Assembly: GCA_043823085.1 (NCBI GenBank)
Contig: JBDRBE010000003.1
Location: 19,822-83,821 of the forward strand
DNA: 64,000 nt
Origin: Candidatus Levyibacteriota bacterium
Lineage (GTDB): Bacteria > Patescibacteriota > Microgenomatia > Levybacterales > UBA12049
Direction: 5' to 3'
Of this stretch, positions 26,791-36,590 are shown one piece after another. The notes beneath the pieces were generated by a model. The model was given only the letters and a program-made list of their open reading frames with translations. It searched no databases and had not been told where the DNA came from. Positions within the stretch are counted from its first letter, which is position 1; every line of letters starts with the position of its first letter. Position numbers and translations under genes: made by a program.

Positions 26791-28083
26791 ATGAATAAAA
26801 TTTTTAAATTCAAAATAGTTAAATCGGAGGTTAAATCAAAGGTGAGAGCTGGAGAAATTATCACTTCCCATGGTGTTGTTCATACGCCGGCTTTTGTGGT
26901 AGTAGGTACACAAGCAACGGTAAAGTCCCTGATGCCGGAGGATTTAAAAAATATTGGCGTTGAAATTTTGTTTGGCAATACTTATCATTTGCATCTTCGG
27001 CCGGGGGAAGATGTTATCCAAGAACTTGGGGGATTGGGAAAATTTATGGGGTGGAGTGGGGCAACAATTACTGACAGTGGCGGGTTTCAAGTATTTTCGT
27101 TAAATCGCGGAAAAACGCTGAACAGAACGCAGAATAACACGGAAAATGATTTCGGCGCAGTTCCGCGTCCACCAGTTGGCGGAGTTCAGCGTGATTCAGC
27201 GCCTGTCTTGGTCAAAATTACCGACAATGGGGTGGAGTTTAGGTCGCATTTGGATGGTTCAAAACACATTTTTACTCCGGAAAAGTCAATTGAAATACAA
27301 CAAAAACTTGGTGCGGATATTATTTTGGCTTTTGATGAATGCGCGCCGCATCCTTCAACTTGCGAATACACAAAAAAGGCAATGGAAAGGACACACGAGT
27401 GGGCGGTCCGATGCCTAAAAGCGTTTAATCCACCGTCCGAGGAGTCGAGGTCGTTGCCTCGCCACCTCGGAGGTGGCCGAATGGACTCCTCCGAGGTGAA
27501 TTTGCAGGCCCTTTATGGCATTATTCATGGTGGGATTTACAAAGATCTACGAGAGGAATCGGCAAAATTTATCAGTAATCTTTCTTTTGATGGTATTGCA
27601 ATAGGCGGAGTAGCTGTTGGGGAGAGCAAAAAAGAAATGCGGGATGTTTTAAATTGGGTTTATCCTTTTTTACCCGAAGATAAGCCTCGGCATTTGCTTG
27701 GAATTGGAGAAGTTGATGATATTTTTGACGCGGTCGATAAAGGAATGGATACATTTGATTGCGTTATTCCAACCAGATTCGGGCGTTACGGGATTGTTTT
27801 TGTGCCAAAGCCGGAGGGAAATATAAAAAATCATTTTCGGATTGACCTTAATAAATCAATTTATGCCAGAGACAAAGGCCCAATCAGTAAAGATTGCAAA
27901 TGCTATACTTGCCAAAATTTCACCCGTGGTTATCTTAACCATCTTTTCCGCGCGCAAGAATTACTCGGCTATCGCCTTGCAACCTATCATAATCTTTATT
28001 TTATCGTCGATCTTGTTAAACAAATCCGAGAGTCAATTCTGGAGGGGAGATTTGAGAAATTAAAAAAAAAGTGGCTGGGCTAA
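26791..28083 (+). CDS. tgt: queuine tRNA-ribosyltransferase
   Basis: HTPAFVVVGTQATVK, the Asp-rich active site, LLGIGEVDDIFDAVDKGMDTFDCVIPTR and the zinc site CxCxxC...H are present. There is a ~70-bp palindromic in-frame insert at 27431-27500. Confidence 0.9.
   Translation: MNKIFKFKIVKSEVKSKVRAGEIITSHGVVHTPAFVVVGTQATVKSLMPEDLKNIGVEILFGNTYHLHLRPGEDVIQELGGLGKFMGWSGATITDSGGFQVFSLNRGKTLNRTQNNTENDFGAVPRPPVGGVQRDSAPVLVKITDNGVEFRSHLDGSKHIFTPEKSIEIQQKLGADIILAFDECAPHPSTCEYTKKAMERTHEWAVRCLKAFNPPSEESRSLPRHLGGGRMDSSEVNLQALYGIIHGGIYKDLREESAKFISNLSFDGIAIGGVAVGESKKEMRDVLNWVYPFLPEDKPRHLLGIGEVDDIFDAVDKGMDTFDCVIPTRFGRYGIVFVPKPEGNIKNHFRIDLNKSIYARDKGPISKDCKCYTCQNFTRGYLNHLFRAQELLGYRLATYHNLYFIVDLVKQIRESILEGRFEKLKKKWLG
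27431..27500. repeat. palindromic GC-rich element inserted in-frame in tgt
   Basis: ccgaggagtcgaggtcgttgcctcgccacctcggaggtggccgaatggactcctccgagg. The outer arms and the central CCACCTCGGAGGTGG are reverse complements. It encodes SEESRSLPRHLGGGRMDSSE. Confidence 0.7.
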
Positions 28084-28206
28084 TCCAAGTTGGCTTTTTA
28101 GTTTTTATTATGATAGAATTATATTTAACATGGACAATTTACTTTTAAATTATTGGCGCTATGAAATATCCTAACTCGGTTGGGAGTTTTGCAGTGTCAT
28201 AGTTCG

Positions 28207-28231
28207 ACTCGCCAACCGGCGAGTTTTTTTT
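28207..28231 (+). terminator. intrinsic terminator after tgt
   Basis: ctcgccaaccggcgag hairpin followed by a T8 run. Confidence 0.55.
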
Positions 28232-28350
28232 GCGCACATTAAGACATTTATTGATAGTGCACAATCCTCCATAAAACGCTCTTTGAGCCGCAGTTTGAAT
28301 AAACTAAGGCGAAAAGAAAGTTTAGGAGGATATGGATAAGGGAGAGAAAT

Positions 28351-29077
28351 ATGAAAAATAAAAATAAGAAACCTATTATCGGGATTTTAGGCGGAATGGG
28401 ACCGCAGGCTTCAGCCTGTTTGGTCAATATTCTTGTGGAAATGTCCGCCAAAGAATTTGGGGCGAAAAACTGTGATGAATTTCCGGAAATAATTCTTGAT
28501 TCAATTCCACACCCGGATTTCATTTCAAGTAAGAAAAACAGCCAAATAGCTGTAAAAATGTTAAAAGAGAGGATTAAAAAGATGGAAAAAATGGGAGTTG
28601 GCGTTTTTGCCATAGCTTGCAACACGGCGCATATTCGACTCAATCACTTGAAAAATAGTTCAAAGATAGAATTTGTTTCAATAATAGATGAAATAGTCAG
28701 AGAAGTTATAATTTCCGGAATAAAAAAAGTGGGATTGTTAGTTTCGCCGACAACCTTAAAATCCGGTTTGTTTCAAAAGGCTTTTAAAAAAGACCTGTCC
28801 GCCATCAGGCAGGAAAATGTCACAATTATTAATCCCTCTAAAGCTCAAATGCGAAGATTGGAGGTGGTTTATCAGGCGTGTTATTGCCGGAGAAAAGAGG
28901 AGATCTGATAAAAAAGAATTAATGAAAATTGCAAAATCACTAAAACGAAGAGGCGCGGAAGGTTTAATTTTGGGCTGTACCGAACTGCCTTTGATTTTTC
29001 CAAAATCTTTTGAAATTCCAATTTTTGATTCGCTGGAAATTTTAGCCAGAGCATTATTAAATAAAAGTACTACTTGA
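28351..29077 (+). pseudogene. aspartate/glutamate racemase family (aspartate racemase-like) split by a +1 frameshift near 28846-28850
   Basis: ORF1 has IIGILGGMGPQAS ... ACNTAH. ORF2 has RRVIAGE ... AEGLILGCTELPLIF. Removing one A from the caAAtg run joins them as ...NPSKAQCEDWRW.... A homopolymer sequencing error is possible. Confidence 0.7.
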
Positions 29078-29105
29078 CAAAATACTATTTTACTAGTATA
29101 CTAGC

Positions 29106-29363
29106 ATGATGAAAGTAAATAAGGAGCTTGAGGAGCTTATTAAAACTATATTAGAAATCAGGACGGAAAAAGAAATGCATGACTTTTTACTAGGAATTCT
29201 TACTCCAAAAGAGCTATTGGAGATTCCTAACAGGCTTGAGATTGTAAAAATGTTAAAAAAAGGAGTTCCCCAGCACGAGATTGTCAGTAAGTTACATGTT
29301 GGGATTGCGACTGTAACAAGAGGAGTAAGAGAATTACAGAAAGGAAGATTTTATAATGTTTAA
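29106..29363 (+). CDS. TrpR-related YerC/YecD family DNA-binding protein
   Basis: EELIKTILEIRTEKEMHDFLLGILTPKELLEIPNRLEIVKMLKKGVPQHEIVSKLHVGIATVTRG is typical of the YerC/YecD (Trp-repressor-like) family. Confidence 0.75.
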   Translation: MMKVNKELEELIKTILEIRTEKEMHDFLLGILTPKELLEIPNRLEIVKMLKKGVPQHEIVSKLHVGIATVTRGVRELQKGRFYNV

Positions 29364-29482
29364 AAAGAAAAATGAGATGCTGAAACAAATTCAGCATGAC
29401 AGCAAAAATCATTTATGGAAGAAGCCTCTTTTGGAGGCTTGTATTCTCATGGAATAAAAAGTTTAATTTCCATCTGGAAACA

Positions 29483-29507
29483 AACCTCCAATAAAGGAGG
29501 TTTTTTT
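29483..29507 (+). terminator. intrinsic terminator
   Basis: aacctccaataaaggagg hairpin followed by a T7 run, 11 nt before the next ATG. Confidence 0.55.
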
Positions 29508-29518
29508 GTGGGAGAAAT

Positions 29519-30421
29519 ATGAAAGAAAATGTAACAAGATTAGAAAGATTAATGTCATTAGACGGCTTAGTTAGAATTGATAACCCAATTATGTTGGCAG
29601 AGATAGGTAGTGGATCTCCTGTGTTAGCTATTACTGCTGCTATGCATGGAGATGAGGAGACTGGCGTGTTTATCCTCGATATTGTTAGGAAAAATATCAG
29701 GCCGGAAAGAGGAACTGTTCGGCTAATTGTCGCAAATCCTCCTGCACTTTTTCGAGGAGTGAGATTTGTTAATGGTGACATGAATAGAGCTTTTCCTGGC
29801 GATAAAGGCAGTATTGGTGAAAAAGGAATCGCAGCGGACGTTCTTGATATTGTTGAAGATTCTGATTTTACAATAGATCTCCACACGTCTAGTTCTCCTA
29901 CCCAAACTTTTGCAATAGTTGGAAACAAAGAAAAAAGAAGAGTAGAGCTTGCAGAGATGGCAGGGGTTAAAAAAATTCTTTACATTCCAAAGCAAAATAG
30001 TTATGCAATGATTGATTTCGTTAAATGTGGTATAGGTATTGAATTAGGGTTACATAATAGTCAATATGCTTACGATTCAGGACTTCTATTGATAAATAAT
30101 GTATTAAACAGGCTAGGGTTAACCACGGAAGAGATTGGCAAGCAAGATGACGCTTATGAATATTTTCAAGTAACGGGTTCAATTCCAAAACCTTTTTCTG
30201 CTCCTGTTCAAATTTACTGCCAAAATTTTAAATTAGTCCACGCAGGGGAAACAATCGCAAAAACTGATAGTAAAGGGACAGTACTTCCCAAATTGTCTGA
30301 CCTTATGACTGCTCAAGAAGATTTTTACCCAATTCTAGTTGGAGAAAGAGCATATAAAGATATTGTTTGTATAAAAGCAAAAAAGATTTCTAGAGAGAAG
30401 ATGATAGAAGAAAGTAAGTGA
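29519..30421 (+). CDS. succinylglutamate desuccinylase/aspartoacylase (AstE/AspA) family zinc hydrolase
   Basis: Metal-binding motifs AITAAMHGDEETG and DLHTSSS, typical of the AstE/AspA M14-like fold. Confidence 0.7.
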   Translation: MKENVTRLERLMSLDGLVRIDNPIMLAEIGSGSPVLAITAAMHGDEETGVFILDIVRKNIRPERGTVRLIVANPPALFRGVRFVNGDMNRAFPGDKGSIGEKGIAADVLDIVEDSDFTIDLHTSSSPTQTFAIVGNKEKRRVELAEMAGVKKILYIPKQNSYAMIDFVKCGIGIELGLHNSQYAYDSGLLLINNVLNRLGLTTEEIGKQDDAYEYFQVTGSIPKPFSAPVQIYCQNFKLVHAGETIAKTDSKGTVLPKLSDLMTAQEDFYPILVGERAYKDIVCIKAKKISREKMIEESK

Positions 30422-30425
30422 AAAT

Positions 30426-32045
30426 ATGATAGAAATAGAAAAATATCATTTATTGAGAGATGGAGGTCGAGTCAAATCGGCTGGTGTTCCTGTGGATTTT
30501 GTATTTGAGCAAGGAAAGATATTTCAATCCAGTCAAGGATCAGATACAGCGGCGGAGATTACAAAAACTTTTTCTGGATTAAGGGATAATCCTCCCTCAG
30601 AAATAAGAGAGAGATTTTTTCCTTTAGATCGAGGAGAAATTAAGGCGCAAACTAGAAGGTCTCCAGCTCTATATAGACCGGTTTTAAAAACCGATCAAGG
30701 AGCGGGTAAATTTTTGCCATTTGAAATTGCAGATACTACCTTGAATTTTCCGTTTAAAGTTGGTGTGGAAGAAGGCTATGTTATTCCAGAAGCATATTTT
30801 CAAGATCAATTGCAAGAAAAAGGATTGCCAGAAGCGGTGGTTTCAGAGCTTGAAGAAGTCAAGAAACATTTTGGACACGGAGATGTTAATGAAGCAAAAT
30901 TAGCTTTTGAGAGATTGGAAATAGAAAGTGAAAAATCAGGGATTATTTTTAATCGAAGGGCAAGCGTAGGGAGAAATGGGCTTATGTTTATTCATCCAGC
31001 GAAAGCAGAAAGGCCGATTAGGCTAGCAAGTGAATCAATGGCTGGGATAGAGAATAAAGTAAGGAAATCGATTGAGGAGTTAATTGAAATCGCCGAGGCA
31101 AAAAAGAGATTTTTTGCAGAAAAAAACCATTTGCCATTCCGTCCAATGGATGAATTATCGGTTCCTCTTTATTTTCAATCGGATGTTCATTTATTTCCTG
31201 ACGGAAGTTTTGTAGTAGCAGAAATGCAATTACCCGATGTTGGGTTATTTTTGACTAGCTTGCCCGTTAACGGGAGTGATGTTTTTGAACAAGTCCATAA
31301 AATTATGAATCCCATAAAAAAAAAGGTTCTTGATGGATTTGAACAAGCAATTCAAAGAGTGGCAGACAAAAAAGGAAAAATTCCTATATATTTGGTTACC
31401 AGATCGGAAGTTATTAATAATAGAGAAGATGTTTTAGAAATTAAAGAATTAGCCGAGATTAAAGAAGAACTGAGACAACGAGGATATAATACAAGAGTAA
31501 TTTCTGCTTTTGATGTAGCAAAAGCAGACGAAGATAGTTTGATGTTTATTTTTAACCTAGATCCATTATCCGAGGAGTTTGGTTTACTGACAAAATCATA
31601 CCTCGCTGATACAAAAAGAAAATTGATAATGGTTCCTGACCCATTTTTAAGGATGGCAGAGCGGGAAGTAACTGGTTATCAACATATACAAATGTCGGAT
31701 AGACAAATTGGTAATTTAAGTGCTTTAGTAAAAGAGATAGAGTCGCCAAATGATAAAAAAGAAAAAATTTATACACAAATTATGGCAGTGGATTATTTTT
31801 TGCGACAATTAGGAATAAACGAAGATGTTGTGCATTTTTGCCATTCTGCACTACCAACTCCGATTCCTGCATACAGGTATGATATAAAAAGTTTGCAGTT
31901 AGCTGCTAATATTATTAGGGAGGGTAATTTAAAAAATGTTAACGTCAGATCAATTCCTATTTCTCCAGAGAGGGCAGTTTTATTAGATGTTGACGGTGGG
32001 ACATTGTATTCTACATTTAGATTTATGTTTTTAAGACAAGGATAA
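30426..32045 (+). CDS. hypothetical protein, possibly an ATP-grasp-like amidoligase
   Basis: 539 aa. The only motif seen is DGSFVVAEMQLPDVG, resembling the ATP-grasp Mg-binding E-x-N/Q motif. Its position right after an AstE/AspA-type hydrolase fits the amidoligase-plus-reversing-peptidase pairing. This is inference. Confidence 0.35.
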   Translation: MIEIEKYHLLRDGGRVKSAGVPVDFVFEQGKIFQSSQGSDTAAEITKTFSGLRDNPPSEIRERFFPLDRGEIKAQTRRSPALYRPVLKTDQGAGKFLPFEIADTTLNFPFKVGVEEGYVIPEAYFQDQLQEKGLPEAVVSELEEVKKHFGHGDVNEAKLAFERLEIESEKSGIIFNRRASVGRNGLMFIHPAKAERPIRLASESMAGIENKVRKSIEELIEIAEAKKRFFAEKNHLPFRPMDELSVPLYFQSDVHLFPDGSFVVAEMQLPDVGLFLTSLPVNGSDVFEQVHKIMNPIKKKVLDGFEQAIQRVADKKGKIPIYLVTRSEVINNREDVLEIKELAEIKEELRQRGYNTRVISAFDVAKADEDSLMFIFNLDPLSEEFGLLTKSYLADTKRKLIMVPDPFLRMAEREVTGYQHIQMSDRQIGNLSALVKEIESPNDKKEKIYTQIMAVDYFLRQLGINEDVVHFCHSALPTPIPAYRYDIKSLQLAANIIREGNLKNVNVRSIPISPERAVLLDVDGGTLYSTFRFMFLRQG

Positions 32046-32046
32046 T

Positions 32047-32463
32047 ATGCTGTTTGAACAAATTTCAAAAAAAGACATTTTGCAAATAGTTAAAGAGAGT
32101 TTAACAGAGGTAAAAAAAGAAATATTAGCGACAATGCTTCTAGAAGAAGAATTAAAATTTCCTTTGCCTTTTTCTTATTTTAGTCTTTTAAGAAAAAAGG
32201 TAGAAAGGGGAATTGTTTTAAAAAGACTTGGCTTTGGTAATAGGGAAGATTATGATAAAATTAAAAAGAAGATTAAGATTTCTAGCAAAAACTATATCTT
32301 TAAATATATTATTAACAGTTCTAAATATCAAAGAATGATAGTTATTGATAGAAAAAAGCTTTTTTTTGGCAATGATGATATATTTTTTCAGAGCGAATTT
32401 AAACCTTTAGTAAAAGTTTTCTCGGATTATTTCCATGAGTTGTTTAAGGAAGGAATGATATGA
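32047..32463 (+). CDS. small hypothetical protein
   Basis: 138-aa Lys-rich ORF, translationally coupled (2-nt gap upstream, 4-nt overlap with trpS). Confidence 0.45.
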   Translation: MLFEQISKKDILQIVKESLTEVKKEILATMLLEEELKFPLPFSYFSLLRKKVERGIVLKRLGFGNREDYDKIKKKIKISSKNYIFKYIINSSKYQRMIVIDRKKLFFGNDDIFFQSEFKPLVKVFSDYFHELFKEGMI

Positions 32464-33449
32464 GAAATAGAGTTTTTTCAGGGATTAGGGCAACGGGGAG
32501 GTTGCATTTGGGGAATTATTTGGGGGCGGTTAAGGGGATGCTTGTATTACAAGAAACCCATGACTGCGTTTTTTCTGTGGTTGATTTACATACGATTACA
32601 ACGCCGTATGATCCCTCTGCATTGCAGAGCTCAATAAGAGAGATTGTGCTTGATTATCTCGCCGCAGGTCTTGATCCAAAGAAATGTCATTTGGAAATTC
32701 AGTCAAAAGTGCCTCAGCACTTGGAATTGGCTTATCTTTTATCCACCATTTATCCTGTTTCCCGCCTTGAGGATTTGCCAACTTACAAAGAAAAAAAAGC
32801 CCAATTTCCAAAATATGTAAATATGGGACTTTTATATTATCCGGTTTTACAGGCGGCGGACATACTATTATATAAGGCCGAGCTAGTACCGGTTGGCGTT
32901 GATCAAGAACCTCATTTAGAAGTTACCCGAGAAATTGCCCGGAAGTTCAACTCAATGTTTAGCAGAACATTTCCCGAGTGTCAGCGATATGAAACAGAAG
33001 GAGGAAATGTGCCTTCACTTTTGGGAAAAGGGAAAATGAGTAAAACTGTTGAGGGAAGTTACATTCTTTTAACTGATGATTTGGAAACTATTAAAAAGAG
33101 ATTGGCCCGTGTTCCAACTGATAGCGGTACGGTTGGTGGTGATCCAACTTTACCCAGCTTTCGTGGGACAGGGATTGTTACATTGTTAGAATTGTTCAAA
33201 TTGTTTAAGAAAGGCGATTTATACGCAAAATATGTGCAGGATTATCAAAACAAAAAAATCAGATATTCGGAGATGAAAAATGAATTGGCGCAAGTGATTT
33301 TCAAAGAATTAGAGCCGATTCAAAAGAGAAGAAAAGAGTTTGTGGAAAATCCGGAGTTAGTCGACTCAATTATCAAAGATGGAATAGATCAATGCCGCCA
33401 AATGGCAGAGGAGACAATGAAAGAAGTTAGAGAGAAGATGGGATTGTAA
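32460..33449 (+). CDS. trpS: tryptophan--tRNA ligase
   Basis: Class I HIGH motif (GRLHLGNYLGA) and KMSKT (KMSKTVEGS). Confidence 0.9.
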   Translation: MRNRVFSGIRATGRLHLGNYLGAVKGMLVLQETHDCVFSVVDLHTITTPYDPSALQSSIREIVLDYLAAGLDPKKCHLEIQSKVPQHLELAYLLSTIYPVSRLEDLPTYKEKKAQFPKYVNMGLLYYPVLQAADILLYKAELVPVGVDQEPHLEVTREIARKFNSMFSRTFPECQRYETEGGNVPSLLGKGKMSKTVEGSYILLTDDLETIKKRLARVPTDSGTVGGDPTLPSFRGTGIVTLLELFKLFKKGDLYAKYVQDYQNKKIRYSEMKNELAQVIFKELEPIQKRRKEFVENPELVDSIIKDGIDQCRQMAEETMKEVREKMGL

Positions 33450-33501
33450 AAAATCGGCCGACGTTGACAAAAAATCTTACTAAGCTTAAAATACAATAGA
33501 C

Positions 33502-33690
33502 ATGAAGACTATTAATTTAGCAAAAATACTCAAAGGAAAAACTGGTTGGGTTTCTATATCTTCAGATTATAAAAAAATTATCGCTTATGGAAAAACACTC
33601 AATGAGCTTTTAGCTGAACTAAAAAAAATGGGTAATCCAAAAGGATATATTATGAAATCGGCAAAAGATTATTCAAGTTATGTCGGCTAA
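33502..33690 (+). CDS. small hypothetical protein (62 aa)
   Basis: Short ORF overlapping the next gene by 11 nt. Confidence 0.4.
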   Translation: MKTINLAKILKGKTGWVSISSDYKKIIAYGKTLNELLAELKKMGNPKGYIMKSAKDYSSYVG

Positions 33691-34141
33691 TGAAAAAAAT
33701 CTTTTCCAGACAACTATAAAAATTTGGTATAAATCTCTTCCGTTATTACCAAAAGTCCCCTGGCCGATTATAGATATAAAGTTAAGTAATCAAAAAATTT
33801 CATTACCGCAGCCATTACTTACTCTTGTTGATTCTGGAGCTAATTTATCTATTCTTCATCCTATGGTTGCGGAAGCGCTGGGGTTTAATCTGAAAAAAAT
33901 AGGACCAGCAAAACCGGGAGGAATTTCTGTCAGCGGTAATTATGAATCTTGGATTTTGCCGCAACCAGTCGATGTCAATGTTTATGGTTATCATTTTCAA
34001 TGTAGGTTCATAGTTATTAATAACCCAAAGCTAATTTGGGCATGTATTTTAGGTGAAGACAGTATTTTTCAGTTTGCACGGCTCGACTTCCAGAAATTTA
34101 AGGGATATTTTGAAGTCCGATTTAGAACAGATATAAATTGA
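33680..34141 (+). CDS. retropepsin-like (clan AA) aspartic protease domain protein
   Basis: LVDSGANLSILHP is a D-S-G-A aspartyl-protease active-site motif in a hydrophobic context. Length is 153 aa. Confidence 0.55.
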   Translation: MSANEKNLFQTTIKIWYKSLPLLPKVPWPIIDIKLSNQKISLPQPLLTLVDSGANLSILHPMVAEALGFNLKKIGPAKPGGISVSGNYESWILPQPVDVNVYGYHFQCRFIVINNPKLIWACILGEDSIFQFARLDFQKFKGYFEVRFRTDIN

Positions 34142-34187
34142 TACTGGCAGAAGTTACAATGAGAGAAGTGAGAGAGAAGATGGGGAT

Positions 34188-34610
34188 TTAATGGGTCTGT
34201 ATATAATCTTGAATTACCACTTGGACACTTAAAGCAAGTTTGTCAGGATTTATATTATTCTCTACAAGAACCTTTGAAATTTCATCACATGGAGGACGGA
34301 TTAAGCCATAAAACAGAGGTACGGGAACAATTTTTGGGTCTTGAAGATCTAATCGATAAAGATCGGCATATTCATAAGCAGCCGTACATACGTTTAAAGA
34401 CGTTTGAGAAAGTTTTGCTGATGACAAAGTATGGTTATCTTTTTTGGGATATACACTAGGAAATTTACCGCAACCCTCTTTGATTTCTTTGATTCCATCA
34501 AATTCATCCAGAACCTTTTTTAATCCAGTATTTTCTTGTTCTACAAGTGCCATAAGAATATGGAGAGGTTCAACGAAACCTCCATTAGCAAATGTTGATG
34601 CCTGTTGCAA
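34188..34610 (-). CDS. Clp N-terminal-domain-like protein
   Basis: FVEPLHILMALVEQENTGLKKVLDEFDG resembles the Clp_N repeat (xGTEHLLLALLxExxGxAxxVLxxxG), and two repeat units are visible. Confidence 0.45.
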   Translation of the reverse strand: MQQASTFANGGFVEPLHILMALVEQENTGLKKVLDEFDGIKEIKEGCGKFPSVYPKKDNHTLSSAKLSQTSLNVCTAAYEYADLYRLDLQDPKIVPVPLFYGLIRPPCDEISKVLVENNINPDKLALSVQVVIQDYIQTH

Positions 34611-34736
34611 AATTTTTTAAAAGGGTCTTGTGAGATGCAAGTTTTCGTGCGGTTCTCCTCTTAACATGAGTTAATTATATTAAAATAGTAAAATGTTTTC
34701 AATCGGAGAGGTTTTTGTGGTATAATTCTACAAAAT

Positions 34737-36590
34737 ATGGCGGGAGCATTTAGACCCCAAAAAAATAATAAAAGAAAAATCGTAAAGGTAAGATTTAATT
34801 TCTCCTGGAAGAATATTATTCTTTATGGATTTTTGGCATTTTTTCTTGGCTTTTTACTGCTTGGACTTTTTCAACCGGCCGAAGGGCAAAAAACAGTTCC
34901 TCTCTCGCAAGTCATAACCGATGTAAAAAACGGCCAGGTTACAAAAATTACAATCGAGGATAATAAATTAATAGTTGATACCAAAAAGGGGAGTGTTCAA
35001 AGTTTTAAGGAGACCGGCTCAAACGTTTACCAAATCTTTAAGGATGCCGGAATTGATTTGAACGAAACACAAATAGCTGTCAACGATCAGAACGGACTGA
35101 ACAATTGGTTAAATGTTCTTTCTTCAATCTTGCCCATAGTTTTAATGGTCGCTTTCTTTTATTTTATTTTTCGTCAGGCCCGTGGCGCGCAGGAAAACAT
35201 TTTTTCTTTTGGCCAGTCAAGGGCAAAGCTTTTTTCAAAAGACACACCAAGAGTTACTTTTGCCGATGTAGCCGGCGTTGACGAAGCAAAACAGGAATTA
35301 ACAGAAATTGTTGATTTTCTTAAAAATCCGGGAAAGTATAAAGCAATGGGAGCCAGAACGCCAAAAGGAGTGTTAATGATTGGACCATCGGGAACCGGAA
35401 AAACACTTTTGGCACGCGCTACCGCAGGCGAAGCTAATGTGCCATTTTTTTCCATGGCAGGGAGCGAATTTATGGAAATGTTGGTTGGAGTTGGAGCCTC
35501 GAGAGTTAGAGATTTATTTACTACTGCTAAAAAATCCCAGCCGGCGATAATTTTTATTGATGAAGTTGATGCTATTGGAAGACAAAGGGGCATTGGATTT
35601 ATGGGCGGACATGATGAAAGAGAACAAACCTTAAACCAGATATTGGTCGAAATGGACGGATTTACTCCAAATGAGCAGCTGGTTGTAATTGCCGCCACAA
35701 ATAGGCCCGATGTTTTGGATCCGGCGCTAGTTCGTCCTGGAAGATTTGACAGAAGAGTTGCTCTTGATATGCCTGACGTTGTCGGCAGAAAAGCAATTCT
35801 TGCCATTCATGCCAAAGGTAAGCCTTTTGAAAAAGAAGTAAATTGGGAAAAAGTTGCCAGAAGAACAGTTGGATTTTCCGGTGCGGATTTGGAAAATATG
35901 CTTAACGAAGCGGCAATTTTGGCGGCGCGTCTTTCGAAAAAGGCAATCGACATGAGCGATCTTGAAGAGGCGGCCACAAAAGTAAAACTTGGGCCGGAGA
36001 AAAAAAGATTGCAAACAGATGAGGATAAGAAAATGACTGCCTATCATGAAGCAGGTCACGCCATTGTTTCCTGGTTTATGCCGCACATGGATCCGGTACA
36101 CAGAATTTCGATAGTCAGCCGCGGACTATCGCTTGGGCATACAATGATGGAGCCAATTGAACGCGTTCATGAAACAAAAACTCATCTTTTGGAGCAGATT
36201 GCAGTGATGCTTGGAGGAAGAGCGGCAGAAGATTTAGTTTTTAAGGAAGTTACAACCGGCGCTTCCGATGATATTGCCAAGGCAACCCAAGTTGCAAGAA
36301 CAATGGTAGCGGAATTTGGCATGAGCGATCTTGGTCCAATAAATTTGGACGGAGAGAGCAGGCCATTTTATGAACAAACCACTGTTTCTCCCGACATGGC
36401 GTCAAAAATTGATGAGCACGTTAAAAAAATTACTGACAGCTGCTATAAAAATGCAACTACCATTCTTGTTAAGCTTCGCAAAAAACTTGATCTTTTGGCA
36501 GAGGAACTTTTGAAAAAAGAAACTATTGAATCCGAAGAATTTTCAAGAATTATCGGCCCCAAAAAAGCTTTTGCTGCTGCAAAAGCTTAA
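34737..36590 (+). CDS. ftsH: ATP-dependent zinc metalloprotease FtsH
   Basis: N-terminal TM region, AAA module (GPSGTGKTLLA, IIFIDEVDAIG, second region of homology) and HEAGH zinc motif. Confidence 0.92.
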   Translation: MAGAFRPQKNNKRKIVKVRFNFSWKNIILYGFLAFFLGFLLLGLFQPAEGQKTVPLSQVITDVKNGQVTKITIEDNKLIVDTKKGSVQSFKETGSNVYQIFKDAGIDLNETQIAVNDQNGLNNWLNVLSSILPIVLMVAFFYFIFRQARGAQENIFSFGQSRAKLFSKDTPRVTFADVAGVDEAKQELTEIVDFLKNPGKYKAMGARTPKGVLMIGPSGTGKTLLARATAGEANVPFFSMAGSEFMEMLVGVGASRVRDLFTTAKKSQPAIIFIDEVDAIGRQRGIGFMGGHDEREQTLNQILVEMDGFTPNEQLVVIAATNRPDVLDPALVRPGRFDRRVALDMPDVVGRKAILAIHAKGKPFEKEVNWEKVARRTVGFSGADLENMLNEAAILAARLSKKAIDMSDLEEAATKVKLGPEKKRLQTDEDKKMTAYHEAGHAIVSWFMPHMDPVHRISIVSRGLSLGHTMMEPIERVHETKTHLLEQIAVMLGGRAAEDLVFKEVTTGASDDIAKATQVARTMVAEFGMSDLGPINLDGESRPFYEQTTVSPDMASKIDEHVKKITDSCYKNATTILVKLRKKLDLLAEELLKKETIESEEFSRIIGPKKAFAAAKA

